Assembly: GCA_030704615.1 (NCBI GenBank)
Contig: CM060732.1
Coordinates: forward strand, 69,812,001 to 69,876,000
Length of the DNA: 64,000 nt
From: Takakia lepidozioides
Taxonomy: Eukaryota > Plantae > Bryophyta
Reading direction: 5' to 3'
Shown here: positions 1 through 12,359 of the stretch, one piece after another
How the letters are laid out: each line of letters begins with the position of its first letter
Position numbering within the stretch: the stretch's first letter is position 1
Translations under genes and position numbers: made by a program
Notes under the pieces: generated by a model
Told to the model about the DNA's origin: nothing
Database searches by the model: none
What the model saw: the letters and a program-made list of their open reading frames with translations, nothing else

Positions 1-310
1 TCTTACATGGACCAGACAAGTATGAGATCAATAAAAAATGGTTCACAGGAGGAACCAATGGTACTTGATGTGCCGACTTTTGAATGATTTCAAACTTTGC
101 CATTGCATTGTACATGCCCTCTTAAAGGTACCGGACAAGTATGAGTTCGATTTAAAATATTGCAATGGGTGAACCAATGGTATCTTCATTCAACAATTTT
201 GATTGTTTTGAAACTTTGCCAGTATATTGTACATGCCGTCAAACAGGTACCGAACAAGTATGAGGTCATTCAAAAATGGTTCAAAGGATGAACCTCGTAT
301 TTCCAAAAAT
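1..310. repeat. Degenerate ~120-bp tandem repeat (about 2.5-3 units), probably TE subterminal DNA
   Basis: ACAAGTATGAG recurs at ~16, ~136 and ~255. The shared flanks AAACTTTGCCA, TTGTACATGCC and GAACCAATGGTA also recur. Confidence 0.75.
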
Positions 311-1101
311 TACGTAGACTATACAGTGGGTTGCACATTAAGTTTTCGCAACCTGAGACCTTTGGCCTACTCCCTACGTTTTCTAGCCTTTCTAGTCATC
401 TTCATCTAGATTTATTACTTCGTTGTTGTCATCTTCAGTTGTTGATGAAGATGCTCCGGGTGTAGAGGACGTGCCTCCACCAGTACGGAGAGCTCGAGCC
501 TGGGCTCGAGTGGTCAAAGAGGGACCCAGTGGTGTGTGGTCCACCCTTGCCATCATGCGTAGCGTTCTAGGTGAGTGCTGACTCTCTTCCACATTGCCAG
601 AGCCGGGTGTGTCGCTCTTGCTACGACGACATGCAATTTTTCAATTAAATCCGATATGTTTGGAAGTGGCAAGAACACCCTGGAATAGGGGCAACTTGGT
701 CACGCCATGTGTTCTGCCAATACTTTACAACACTCGTGATGGCAGCCTTGAAATTGTCCAACACCTCCTCTTGCTGGGGGTCTCTGCGCAACTCTGGAAG
801 AAATGACCCTTCATCCCGACAAGGCACCCAGTACGTCTCATTCATATCCTCCCAACGGATGCTAGCGGCCTCCAACTCCCTCAGAAATAGGTCTCTCCCA
901 ATCGGTTCGCGATTGTATGGGTCGTTTTCCGCTGGCACCTACGGATGCTCAGGCAGTTAGAAGAATCTTTGTCTGGTACAGCTCCAATGCCCTCCCAAGT
1001 TCCGGAAAAAAAACGCCCTTTGGACTGGGTCCCGTATGCCTCTAGCACGCACGGTTATTTCCCAGTTGGATGTCATCCAAAAGGTCACCGGATCTTTAAC
1101 C

Positions 1102-1900
1102 CTAGTTAACGTCTTCGCATCCGAGGCGTGCATCTCTCTTGGAGCATCCCATGTCATTGTCTCCCCCTAGTGCTGCCAATTTAAAAAATCGTAAGGCGAG
1201 AAGGAGGTCCGCAATTGGGATGACACCATGTCGTAGTTCATCTACAACAAGGTCATCGAAGGATGGATGCATTGTAGCATCATCGTCATTAAATTCATAT
1301 GGGTCATGTGGAGGATTGCCCACATCATCGGACCCATCCCAACCGTCGGAGTCGGAGTCCCTCGCGGCGTCGGTGTCATCATTGCTGCTAGATTGGACCT
1401 CTGAGGCAGATTCTTCAGACAACAGATTCTTCTCGTACCATGCAGATGCGTCACTTGCTGTCCTCTCTCGCATTAGCCTACAATTTGTGTAGACATAAAC
1501 CAATTTGTCAGCCCTGGCAGGATTGAACCTGTTGCAAATCTTGTTGTGAACAAACGAGTAACTGCTCCATTCCGCTCACAGGATGAGGCAGAGCACACTT
1601 GAGCAAGAATACGCTTTGCAATGGGAGCTAATGTTCTTGCTCCAGCTCTAATCAGATCCCCCATTCATGTGGCAACATGTTCATTGCTTTTGGATCCGAC
1701 ATGTCATGGAAAGGATTCTGGCGATCCAAGAAGCACTGGTACTCGGACAAAGCTCGCTCTGCCATATTCAAGGGCGCGAGTTGCATGTTGACCCGTACAA
1801 GCCCAACTTTGGCATCCACATCGTCTCTCAAATCCGTATTATCCAGCAAGAATAGATTCAGCAAGGCCCCCGCATAATGCAAGTCGTGCGAACCATCCGT
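1102..1900 (-). mobile_element. hAT-family transposase remnant (C-terminal dimerisation domain), frameshifted
   Basis: Joined frames read DLHYAGALLN...EYQCFLDRQNPF...PHEW / LAPIAKRILAQVCSASSCERN / KLVYVYTNCRL, then an acidic tail. The S(A)SSCERN motif and LVYV..N are typical of the hAT dimerisation domain. Confidence 0.8.
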
Positions 1901-1909
1901 TTGCAGTCG

Positions 1910-3745
1910 TAAAGACATCGGCCACCACATTGTCCCATCCCGGTTTGTATTGGATATCCACGTTGAACACTGCCAAAGTGTCTTGTCACCTAAGTTGTTT
2001 TGGGGACAACTTAGGTTGTGTAGCAAAATACTTCACCGTGACATTATCCGTGAACACCTTCACCGGGTTGGAACCAACATAGTGGCGCCAATGCTCAAGG
2101 CAATGCACCACCACATTCATTTCTTTCTCGTGCGTAGGCCACCGTCGCTCCACTTCATTCAGTTTCTTACTTTCGTAAGCCACTGGACGTCCATCCTGCA
2201 TGAGCACACCCCCGATTGCAAAGTCTGACGCATCCGTATGAATCTCAAATGGATGGTCGAACTCCGGGATTTTCAAGACTGGAGCTTCCGACATCCGCTG
2301 CTTCAACTCGGCAAAAGCTTGGCCACAAAAGGTGTTTTATACCCATACCTTGGACTTACACAGAAGGTCTGACAGCGGCCCCGCGATCTTGGCAAAATTT
2401 CTCTCATACTTTCGGTAATAAGAGGCGAGTCCTAGGAATGATCGCACTCTCGGGACCGAAGTCGGAGGTTCCCAGTCCAAGATCGTCCTCACATTTCTGT
2501 CATCCATTTTGATCCGATCCTGCGTAATCACATGCCCTAGGAACTCCACCTTCGTGACCCCAAATTCGCACTTTGAAGCTTTGGCATACAGCTTCCCTTC
2601 CCGCAATTTCTGGAACACCCTTTTGAGGTGCTCCAAGTGCTCTTCCTTCGTTTTCGAGTACACCAAGATGTCGTCGATATACACGATCACAAAGTCATCC
2701 AACCATTCCTGAAAGAGGCAGTTCATTAGGGTGCTAAAGGTTGCTGGCGCGTTGGTGAGCCCAAAAGCATCACACAAAATTTGTATGAGTCATACCTTGT
2801 CCTGCATGCTGTCTTTTCTTCATCTCCTTCCGCTATCCGGATCTGGTGGTAACCCGAACGTAAATCGATCTGGCTGAAATACTTTGCTCCTGCGAACCGA
2901 TCGAAGAGATTGTCGATCATTAGCAAAGGGTACCGGTTTTTTATAGTCACCTTATCAAAAGCCCTGTAATCGACACACTTCTGCGAATAGTACCGGGGCT
3001 CCGTAAGGTGACTTACTCGGCCGGATGTACCCCTTTGCCATTAGATCCTTGAGCTGGGCCTTCAGTTCGACCAACTCTTTGTGGCTCAACCGGTAGGGCG
3101 CCTTGGCAGGCGGCTCCAATCCCGATATCACCTCTATCTTGTGGTCAACCCCTCTTCGCGGTGGCAAGCCGCTTAGTAAATCCTCCGGAAACACATCGTG
3201 GTATTTCTCCAGGATCCCCTTGATCCAATCTGGGCTCGGCTCCCTATCGACTTCTCCTTCCACTTGCCTCACGTAAAGCAAAGACTGGGGCTTGTGTGGC
3301 TCCTCCATGGCCCACTCCTTTGCTGTCAGCAGGTTTATTCGCCCTCCCACTCGGTTGGGCATTTCCGACACTCGTAAAACTTCGCCACCATTCCCACACG
3401 GTAGCGTGACTACTCTCTTGCGGCCATCTATGACCGCTCCGGATTTGCTCAAAAATGTCATCCCCACTCCATCGATCTCGCAAATGGTGAAGTTCTCACG
3501 TCCCTCCCAACTCCCCAGCTGAAGAGGAACATCGAACGCCAACCTCGTTGCCAGTTGTGGTTCTCTATTGGCAGAATGCACTTCAATAGAGGTCCCCCAC
3601 ATCACTTGTCGGGAGCCCCAGCTTCCGTGCCATTGCTGGTGTCATGAAGGAGTGCGACGCTCCTGTGTCCACCAACAATGACACGTTAGTTCCGGAAATT
3701 ATCCCACTCACGAACATTAACTGACTCCATTTACGCAAGGCTCCA
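1910..3745 (-). mobile_element. Ty3/gypsy pol remnant (protease-RT-RNase H), frameshifted, integrase missing
   Basis: Protease LLVDTGASHSF. RT motifs [48 protein letters not shown]. RNase H HTDASDFAIGGVLMQ...PVAYESKKL...THEKE. The coding sequence is split across several ORFs. Confidence 0.95.
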
Positions 3746-4088
3746 GTATCTTGATACAACTCACAAGGACACGTGCGCCACTGCGAATTTGACACGTCAT
3801 TTAAAAAAAATGTTTTAATTTTAATAAAAACAAATTATAAAATTATAAAATTTATATTATTAATTGATTGAAATTCTTCATTATATTTTTGCAAAAATAG
3901 AATGGAAGGCCAACGGGGCTTGTACAAGTCCTGCAAATCATATCACAAAATTCCAAATTGGACAAACATCCCCGCGGATGCCTCAAAGTCTAATGCGAAG
4001 CAAAAATTAAGCAAACCGACACAAGGGCAGAAGATTTTTAGTACTTTTACAGTTCTGGTACTACTAGAATGAAGGACTCTATTTACAA

Positions 4089-4275
4089 CTATCGAGTGCA
4101 ATACTCCTTACAACTGCATTGGCCAAACAACTCCGAAACGAACTTGGTGGCAGTGTGGCAGTCACCACACACCCGAAGATTCTTCACGAGATGGAGAGAC
4201 AGCCTTGCAGCTCATCAGCCCAAAACCTCAATTGTCTCACCATTGACTGGGGTCAGAAGCTTCTCCTCGTTTCTA
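4089..4275 (-). pseudogene. PPR-DYW cytidine-deaminase domain fragment (degenerate, internally deleted)
   Basis: Manual translation of 4089-4196(-) gives LHLVKNLRVCGDCHTATKFVSELFGQCSCKEYCTR*. An adjacent frame gives GFGLMS. This matches DYW motifs (A)FGL, KNLRVCxDCH and GxCSCxDYW. Confidence 0.8.
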
Positions 4276-4929
4276 TTACCTGTTTTTGGATACTTTCCTG
4301 TTTTCACGTTGGCAATTTCATGTCAAAGTCACTCCAAACTATCAAAGGTTCACTCAACCAACTAACTTGCAGAATTCATAATGAAAATTGAGGGCCGATT
4401 CTGATAAGAGGGAAAAACGGGGTGAAATGTGTTGAAGAAGGTGCCTTGATTAACAGTGCCTGATTTGATCAATTGTGTCGCTGTTGCTGCGGCTTCCAGT
4501 TGACCATCTATCCATGCATGTTTCTTGTACCTATCCTTCCATAGGTAATCTGGAGCATGAAATTCGTCCCTTTTGGATGAATCTGGACCCACACTCTATC
4601 CCTGCTCCTTCAGCTATCCATGCCTCTGCACAAATCATGCATACATCCTCACCTTGCTTCTAGCAGCTGACATTGTCCTTGAGCTTGTGTCATGACTTGA
4701 CCGACCATCAACCCAAAATGACCTCTTGTGTGTGTTGCTTGTGTCTGTAGTCAGATAATGTCGGATTGGTCTGTGAGATCGAACCACACCGCAGCAGCTG
4801 AGTAGGCAGAGATTGAAACACGGCCTGCTAAGACCAAACTAACTCCCAGAACGGCGAGCTCGCAAGAATGTTGTGAGCTTCTCTCGTCTCATCTCCTCCT
4901 CCTCTCCTCCTTCCTGCATCATTTGCTCA

Positions 4930-5780
4930 ACGCCTCCATCCCACGCCCCTGCATATCCTGCGATCATCACGTTCCATCCCTCGGCAACATGGTGTGGTGC
5001 AGGAGACAAAAAAAACGCCAAGTCCCAACCCTCCTTTGTGTTCACGATTACCCTAATGGGCAACCTTATTAGCAACTTTAACTTTTTTAATCCTATGGGC
5101 AACTTATTAGCAACTTTTTGATTTTTTAACCTTTTGCACTTTGATTCATTCTAGGTCAAAGGCTAAAATCCTGCTACCAGACTTGTCTATAAAACCAAAA
5201 TACCACGTAAACAAACTTTGATAGTGGTAGTAAAATATATTACCATTGGGTTGGTTTGAACACTTGCTAGTAAAAACGTTCACTTTGAGTTATTGAAATT
5301 GAAATATACATTATAAATTATATTTTCATAATTACAGCTGTCAATGTTTGACTTAGGGGTGGTAGAATAAAGGACTCCGTAATGAAACTTTTGATAGTTG
5401 TAGTGAATTGTTCTATTAATATCAGCACATTTCACTACGTGGTGCTAGAAATAGTGAAAAGTGGCAAATAGTGAAATTCATAGTAAAATACCGACAGTGC
5501 TGAAAATCATAGTGTGTTGTAGTGCCTCGTTGTGTCTATCCTTGCCCCTTCCTGCATGCTCAAGAATAGGTCTGCAAAGCCTCCATCCCACGCCCCTGCA
5601 CATCCTGCGATCGTTGCGTTCCATGCTCTAGGCTTGTGGATACTAAGAAAACATATGGTGTGGCGGGAGACAAAAAAAGCCCAAAAGTAGGCCAAGTCCT
5701 AGCCCTCTGTTCACGGCTGGCACCCTAATGGGAAACCCTATAAGCAACTTTTTGAAATTTTTTAACCTTTTGCACTTTGA
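4930..5780. repeat. Direct duplication of ~200 bp (about 4930-5145 vs 5578-5780)
   Basis: CCTCCATCCCACGCCCCTGCA..TCCTGCGATC, GGAGACAAAAAAA, CCCTAATGGG, AGCAACTTT and TTTTAACCTTTTGCACTTTGAT occur in both copies. Confidence 0.85.
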
Positions 5781-6145
5781 TCATTGATGAATGAACTTAT
5801 CCAATGGATGAATACATTCGTGTATGTGCCGTCAAAATGACACGTGTAGTGATGCTATTAGAGCTCTGAAACCATATTCAGTCATGAAGTTATACGATTC
5901 TAGGAAAATTCATCCACGTGTAGTCCTCCATATGACGCGAGTCATATAAACCATCCCTGTCATCATGGTCAACAATGTTTGACCAATGCTTCCTACCTTT
6001 CCGGAGTCATATAGTGATATCCATTACTACAAAGTGATAAAACTATGACTGCAACGCATTTTCAGAGTTCTGCAGTCGTGTACCTAATGCCGTTTTTATG
6101 ACTCCGCAAAAGCCGTAGTCCTAAAAACGCTCATCTCTTGTAGTG
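5200..6145. mobile_element. CACTA-type termini and subterminal repeats inside the gypsy element
   Basis: TCTCTTGTAGTG ends at 6145 (= CACTACAAGAGA on -), immediately abutting gypsy gag. A second end, TGTTGTAGTG, finishes at 5524. Short repeated motifs (TAGTGAAA/TAGTAAAA, GTCAT/ATGAC) precede them. No matching left end was found. Confidence 0.6.
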
Positions 6146-7308
6146 AAGAGTAGTTGCCTACCTTGCAAGTCTTGGCGACCACCGCCTCCACCAAGCAGCT
6201 GATGGAATCTTCGGACAGCTCCGTGGTCGCCCGAGTCATGTTCAATTGTCGGGGTTTCGCGCACTTCTCGGCCATGTGTCCGGGCTCCCCACAATTAAAG
6301 CACACTCCATCGAAGGTCGTCTTCTGTCCGCCATCAGCCGCCACACCTGATTTTTTTTCGGAGCACCGGGTGCCGCCTTGACGTGTGAAGGCCCTCCCTT
6401 CGATTTCCATGTGCCATTGTCGCCGCGTGGCCTATCCCACTTTTTTTTCGGTCGGAAGGAGTCACCCTCCCGCCGGACCTTCTTATGGGTCAGCTCCGTA
6501 CGGCTTTGTCTTTCGCCCCTAGGGATATCCGAGAAGCATTCAGCCCTTTCAATTGCCTATGCTTCTGATAACGAGGCCGCTCGAGAGCGGGAGGAATTTG
6601 AGGGGACGGAGCCCGACGGACTTCCCAAAGGTTCCATCAGACCAACCGATACCTCCCATGCCAGCAGCCTTTTGGGAAGGGCTTCTGGCACAGTTTGGCG
6701 GGACACTGAAGGACGTAATGAAAGTTGCCAACGCCATTTCCACCAAGGCAAAGTTTAAGGTGAAGCCTAAGGAACCTGACACCTTCGAGGGCATCCAAAA
6801 TCGGAGGGCACTCAACACCTAGCTCCTGGAGCTAGAGCAATACTTCCGGGCGGCCAAGTTGAGTGACGAGGATCGGGTGGAAGTGGCACCCACCTATTTG
6901 AGGGTTTATGCTCAACAATGGTGGCAAAAACTACTTCAGACCAAGGGCCAAACCGAGAGACCTTGAGCTGGAGTGGGTTCAAGGTGAAGAAACAGTTCGT
7001 GCCCCTCAACGCGTCATGGCTCGTCCACAAGATGAGCAATTTGAAGCAAACGGATGACAATCAGAGATACGTTCAGGCTTTCAACGTGTTGTTGCTCGAA
7101 GTCGCGGATATGGCGGAACTAGAAATGGTCTTCAACTTTGTGACGGGACTGGCCCTGTGGGCCAGACAGAAGTTGGAGGAGAAGCCACCTAAGACTTTGA
7201 ACTTGCCTCTTCCAACTGCCGCTCCGGTGACACGTTGCCCCCATCGGGCTCACCAGGATCATCATCTTTCGGACCGTTCCGCTTTTGCTTTGTCTTGCCC
7301 GACCCCAT
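6146..7308 (-). mobile_element. Ty3/gypsy gag remnant with CCHC zinc knuckle; central ~610 bp inverted onto the + strand
   Basis: ATG at 7308(-) starts MGSGKTKQKR. The retrotransposon-gag core KPKEPDTFEG...LEQYF...AQQWW...YVQAFN...FVTGL is on + (about 6580-7195). The zinc knuckle CFNCGEPGHMAEKC is on - (6096-6410 ORF). Confidence 0.85.
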
Positions 7309-7349
7309 GATGAGGCCGATCTCAAGGACGATCCCGTACTGAACTCTAA

Positions 7350-7361
7350 GCTCTAAAACCA
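7350..7361 (-). other. Degenerate primer-binding site (tRNA-iMet type)
   Basis: TGGTTTTAGAGC on - versus the canonical TGGTATCAGAGC, 2 nt downstream of the LTR's terminal CA. Confidence 0.65.
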
Positions 7362-7363
7362 AG

Positions 7364-7700
7364 TGTCGCGCACCTCACTTCGGTAAGCTCCCCTTCAAGT
7401 CATAGTTACTCGCTTTGATGATGCGCGCGCCTAACCCAAACTGGCTGCCGGGCCAAACTCGGAGCGGCTGCTCACCGGGGCATAACGGTCCCCCCTTTGC
7501 TCCTCCACAAGACCCTCGCACGCTTTGGGCCTAGTGGAAATTCCCTTTGGTTGTTGGCAGTCCGGAACAGCTCCCCACACCTTGGTCGTTTTCCAGCTCG
7601 CACTCTTACTCACTAGTTTTTGGTCTCCAACGGGCTTGCACCGTTCTCGGGGTTATTATTCCCTATATATACTTGTGTGACTGTCCGCGGGGGTTTCACA
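7364..7700 (-). mobile_element. 5' LTR of the gypsy element (~337 bp)
   Basis: On - it begins TGTGAAACC and ends GCGACA (TG...CA), contains TATATATA, and is followed by the PBS and gag. Confidence 0.65.
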
Positions 7701-7968
7701 AACAACACAGTCACTTTATGGCGAACCACCATGAATACCCTTGATTCCTGGTGATGAGTCGCGGTAGTCTTGGCCCACCCACCATGGCCCCAATGGACCG
7801 TGATGAGTCTAAAGACACCCCACGACTCCCACCACAAGGTCTTAGCCCCATGGTGAGTCTTATGCCACCCCCACTAAGACCCACTAAGCTACCACCACCC
7901 CTCGTGGAACCACCCCCACCGCAACCCGGTATGCGGGGCTCCACCTAGTGAGTGCCTCCGTCTCTTTG

Positions 7969-10900
7969 CACTACAGGAAAAGGGGGGCCTTTGCAACGCC
8001 CGGGCCACGCCGCAGCGTCGGGAAAACGCGCATTTTGGGCACGCGGCAGGCGCTGAATTTGCGACGCCCGCCGTCGCATGGGCGTCGCCAAAATGACGTC
8101 GCAAAAATGCGACGTATGGGGGTCACGAACCCCCGCCCCAACTCCCGTGACTGCCGGACGTCGCTTTTCGGGCCGTCCGGCCGATGGCAGGGGCCTCCTT
8201 CGAGCGACGTCTCGCCGTTGCGGCCCTCCAGCCGACGACGTTGGTGGAGGCAACGGCGCGGCGTCGCATCCCTTTTTTTTTTCTAACCTGCCCGGGAGTC
8301 CCATCCTAAAACCCAAAAACACGTGGCGTAAGCCGGGTGGTACGCCAAGTGACGCCAGTGCATCGCTGCAAACGACTATTGGGCGTGGCAAAAAAAAAAT
8401 AGCAGGAAGAAGAGTCGGGCTCCGCCACACCCGGGCGTGGGTTTTCGCGACGCTCTGGCGTCGCTTTTTTTATCAAAAAAATAAAAGACGTCGCGCAGGC
8501 AGGGTGGCGGGCTCCGTGATGCCAGGGTGTCGCGACTTGCGACCCCCGGACCAAAAAAACACGTCGCAGGGGTGTCGGGCGTTGCGCCCGCAAATGGGAA
8601 TTGCAACGCTTGACCGTCGCAGCTTGCGACCCCCGCCCAGAAAGCACGTCGCCAATGACGACGTCCTGCAGTCGCGAGGGCAGCCTGGGGGGGGGGGGGG
8701 GGGGGGGGGGATTTGGGGGTTGATTTTGGGGGTGGTTTTTGTTTTTTGCGTGGTTTTGTTTTTGGGGATGGGCTTACAGCTTCCATTTCTCTGATTTAGC
8801 AGGTACACAATTGAGCAAGCATGAATCGAGGGTGAGGATGGTGCGACACATGAATAAGATGGAAGATGGAAAAATGGAAATATATTTACAGGAAATGAGC
8901 TGAAAAGCTCACAAGGGTTCAGTAGGCTGACCCTGGGACCTACATGGACTAGGACTAGTCATCCTCATCCTCATCCTCAGTGGAGGACTCAGAACTATCC
9001 GATGAGCCTGATGACTCCGCGCCCTTTTCCAGCGCACCTAAATGAGGCGGCATTCCCCTAAGTCCCACAGAGCTCTCATCCAATCCCTGGCCATGACCCC
9101 CGACCTCATCCATACTAGTGCCTTGTAGTGCACTCATCCCCTCCGTGTTGGCCATGTTCTTCATGAGGGATTGCCAACCATGCTCCTTGGAGTAGTTGTA
9201 CTCTACCGGAGATGGCTTCTTCTCAAACGCGCGTTGCTACACATGCCACAAATTAAAGTCAGTTCTTCGCGATGATGGAGCCAGAAAGAAGACATAACAA
9301 AATCCATAGGAAAGTATGATTTACAAATCGCAAGATAAAACCCTTGGATCCGCCGGCGCCCCACTTGCGTGTGGATTCGTGCTTGTCAAGGCAGACTGTT
9401 GTTGCTTCGCGTGCCCGGTCAAATTTGGCCTTGTTTGCGGCATCATTCTCTCCCGCAATAAGTGCATCCACGATACCTATGCACCCCTCCAACAATTAGT
9501 GAATTACACACATACGTTGCATCGAATCCACCTCATTAATGCACATGCGCCAAATGGAAGGTGAAATGATTCAGGATTTGCCAACCTGTGTAATTCCATA
9601 AGGTGGTTTGGGTATGGCCCCCTTTTCCATTGCCCTCCGAATGATCTGTCTGGCACGGTACCTCCTGTCCTTCAAGTTTCGCCCCACCATCTCCATCACC
9701 CTTGTGTCACTCCAATTGCTTGGAAACCGGCAGTCTAACTCACGGGCATACGCCCGCTTCGCGCCAAAGTGCTGATCAGCCCACTCGATGTGCAAAGGGA
9801 ACCACCTCATTGCGAGTTCGAAGCCTGGCTTCTTCATAGCCTTCCAAAACGCACCGCAGGCGTCACCATGGCGATTCTCCTCCACTGGTGGCACCACGAT
9901 TTTTGCCAACTCCACGTCCTGTATCGCCAAGGCCATGTTCTTCTTCCCACCCTCTCCCTTTTTTGTAGCCTCCTTCCCTGCTCCTTTGTTACCCACTGCC
10001 TCCCCCGCATGCACTCACCCCTTCCTCTCCATGGGACTTCTTCTTCTTCTTCTTCTTCTTTTCCTTCCCCTTCTCCACGACCATCTCCTTCCCTTCCCCG
10101 CTACTCCCTCCCTCTCATTCTCCCTCTCCCTTCTCTCTCTCTCCTCGGCAGCCCCTTCATTGATTACCAAAGGGATCTCGGGAGGTCGAGGCCTCTTCTT
10201 CTTACCTTTGGTGTTCGGGTCCTTCATGAACACCACGTGCTCTCCCTCATTGGCAACCCCACCGGACTGCACCAATGAGGCCAGCCATATAACCCCTCCA
10301 AATTCAAGAAAAGAAACAAACAACAAAGAAAATCATGCATGCAAAGGAAAGGATAAAACATGGAACAAGGTGCGACAGTTGTACCTTTGCAAGCTTGTCC
10401 GACTCGCCCCCGGTGTCACTTGATGTGGCAAGAGTCCCCGTTGTTGGATGTGCCCGCGTTATCCCCTCCCGAAGCGCCACTGGAAGTAGATTCCAGATGT
10501 GGAGCATAGCCGGCGGCAGCGCCCCGTAGTCCAGGCCCTTCTTTGCTGACCGCTCAGGCTCAGGGGGCGGCGTCGCTGATCGGCTAGGCCGCTCCAAACC
10601 GGCCCATACCTCCTCCTCCCCCCCCCCCCCAAATGCGTATCAGGGTAGAAGCCCTCACCCGGCTTGACTTCTTCGAGGCGCTTCGCTATCTCGGCCACTT
10701 CATTGGCCCTCCTCGTCTCCTCCTCCCTCATCGACAACATTGGGCTAGCAATGGAGGCTTTCAAAGGCCCTTGAACCTGACGTTGGGCCTTGGCAAGTGC
10801 AGCCTTTGCTGCGGAGGAAGGGGTCGCTATGGGGGTGACATCCAAAAGTTGCCCATACTGGGCCCCTGAATGGGTGATATGCTTGCCAAGGTACATTTCA

Positions 10901-11283
10901 CCTGTCTTGGTGGCCGGGGGTGTGCTAAACTGAGCATCCGGCTCAGCAACAACCTCCCGAATAGGAGAGCTGGCTGAGCCGGCCCCTGGCGCATCCAAGA
11001 TGTGGACAAGAGGGGGGGTACTAGCCTCGGGGGGCAGACGAGCCCTCCGGCTGCGGCTGTCGACGGGGCTGGTTAACCGTGAGACGCCTTGGCGTGTCAC
11101 ACGTGCCGGTAGAGCAAACGGATTGTCCGCCCCTTTCTTTGGGGCAGGGGACTTCTTCTCTTTCCCCATAAGCTGGCACCTGCTCCTTTTTGGGCCTGTT
11201 TCTGATGTGTAATGGATCATAGTGACGTGTTCTTTGCATGCTTTAGCACGGACCTCTTGAAGGATGAGGATGGTATGCTGCAA
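7969..11283 (-). mobile_element. CACTA (En/Spm) element end with GC-rich subterminal repeats and a decayed, probably spliced accessory ORF (TnpA/Ptta-like)
   Basis: The TIR CACTACAGGAAAA starts at 7969. 7990-8680 is packed with GCGAC/GTCGC/GACGTCGC repeats in both orientations. Minus-strand ORF pieces at 8955-11283 are low-complexity, charged and Pro-rich, with one Trp-containing block (RWFPLHIEWADQH...WSDTRVMEMVGRNLKDRRYRAR). The opposite TIR was not found. Confidence 0.6.
8687..8710. repeat. Poly-G tract (~24 nt)
   Basis: Seen directly. Homopolymer length may be assembly-uncertain. Confidence 0.9.
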
Positions 11284-12089
11284 TGGGATCCTACCTATAG
11301 TTTTGGCTTTGTCATGACATCAGGCCTATGACCTGCAATCTGGTTTTTTTATATGCAAAAGAGGCTGGATCTCGGCTGTTCAAGTTGCTTACATGTACAA
11401 GTCTTGAATTTGCAATCTGACAGGTTGAATTCACATTCCTTTGACACCTTGTATGATCACATGTCTCGGGGTGAATACAAATGATATGGAATCAATTTCA
11501 TCATGCCCAAGTAGGACTGCTTGGTGGCATATTGTGATTCTGACAAATTGCAGGCTGGTCCTTATGCCTTGGTTGATGCATGACCTGCCATAATTAATGG
11601 CTGAAAAGGTAAGATGCTGCAACCTGTAGGTCATGTCCAAGATGTATGTGTGAAAAACGAGTCTTGAAATGGTAATAGGGCAGGCTGGACCATGGTACCT
11701 TGCCCTTTGCATGACCTCAACACTTTTTTGTGCTCCTTCAATACATGACCTGCTGGTAAGGTATGTGTGCAGGCTGAACCAAGAGGCCTTGCAGCCTGCA
11801 CAAGGGCAGCAATATTCTATCTTGTCCCACAAAAGAACAAACCCCGCCCTCCCACCTGTTTTGTCTTGGTTGATTGGGTGGGTGTCATTTGGGATGATTT
11901 GACAAGACTGGAAGTGTGAGATAGTGCCCTATCTAGGGTTGTTTATGTCTTTAATTGACAATGATCCTTATGGGTCTTGTCCATGTCTTGACATGACGTG
12001 AATATCTTCCCACTTTCTCCCTCTCTCTTTTTAACTTTTTCTACCCCCTCTCTCCTTCTGTGGTTTTTTTTTTCTTGTGAGCAGCACAC

Positions 12090-12220
12090 AAGAGAGGAGA
12101 GAGAGAGAGGGAGAGGGAGAGGGAGAGAGGGAGAGGGAGAGGGAGAGAGGGAGAGACAGGGACAGAGAGAGGGAGTGAAAGGGAGAGATCAGGAAACAAA
12201 TAAATAAATAAATAAATAAA
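12090..12220. repeat. (GA/GAGGGA)n purine tract followed by an (AAAT)n microsatellite
   Basis: Seen directly. Confidence 0.9.
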
Positions 12221-12359
12221 GGTCGGGGGGTGGGGGGGAAAGTGACTGAGCAGCTGCTCAGTCACTTACCCCCCCCCATTTTTTTTTTTCTTTGATGCCC
12301 CCTCTCTCCCTCTGTCTCCCTCTCTACTGGGAATTGGCAGTTTGCTATCAGTGTTGATT

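Noticed and set aside
5862-5874. Second PBS-like sequence (GCTCTGAAACCA)
   Set aside because: No adjacent TG...CA LTR end or gag. It lies within the CACTA-like insert.
7945-8808. Multiple overlapping 110-240 aa ORFs
   Set aside because: These are spurious ORFs in GC-rich CACTA subterminal repeats with few stop codons.
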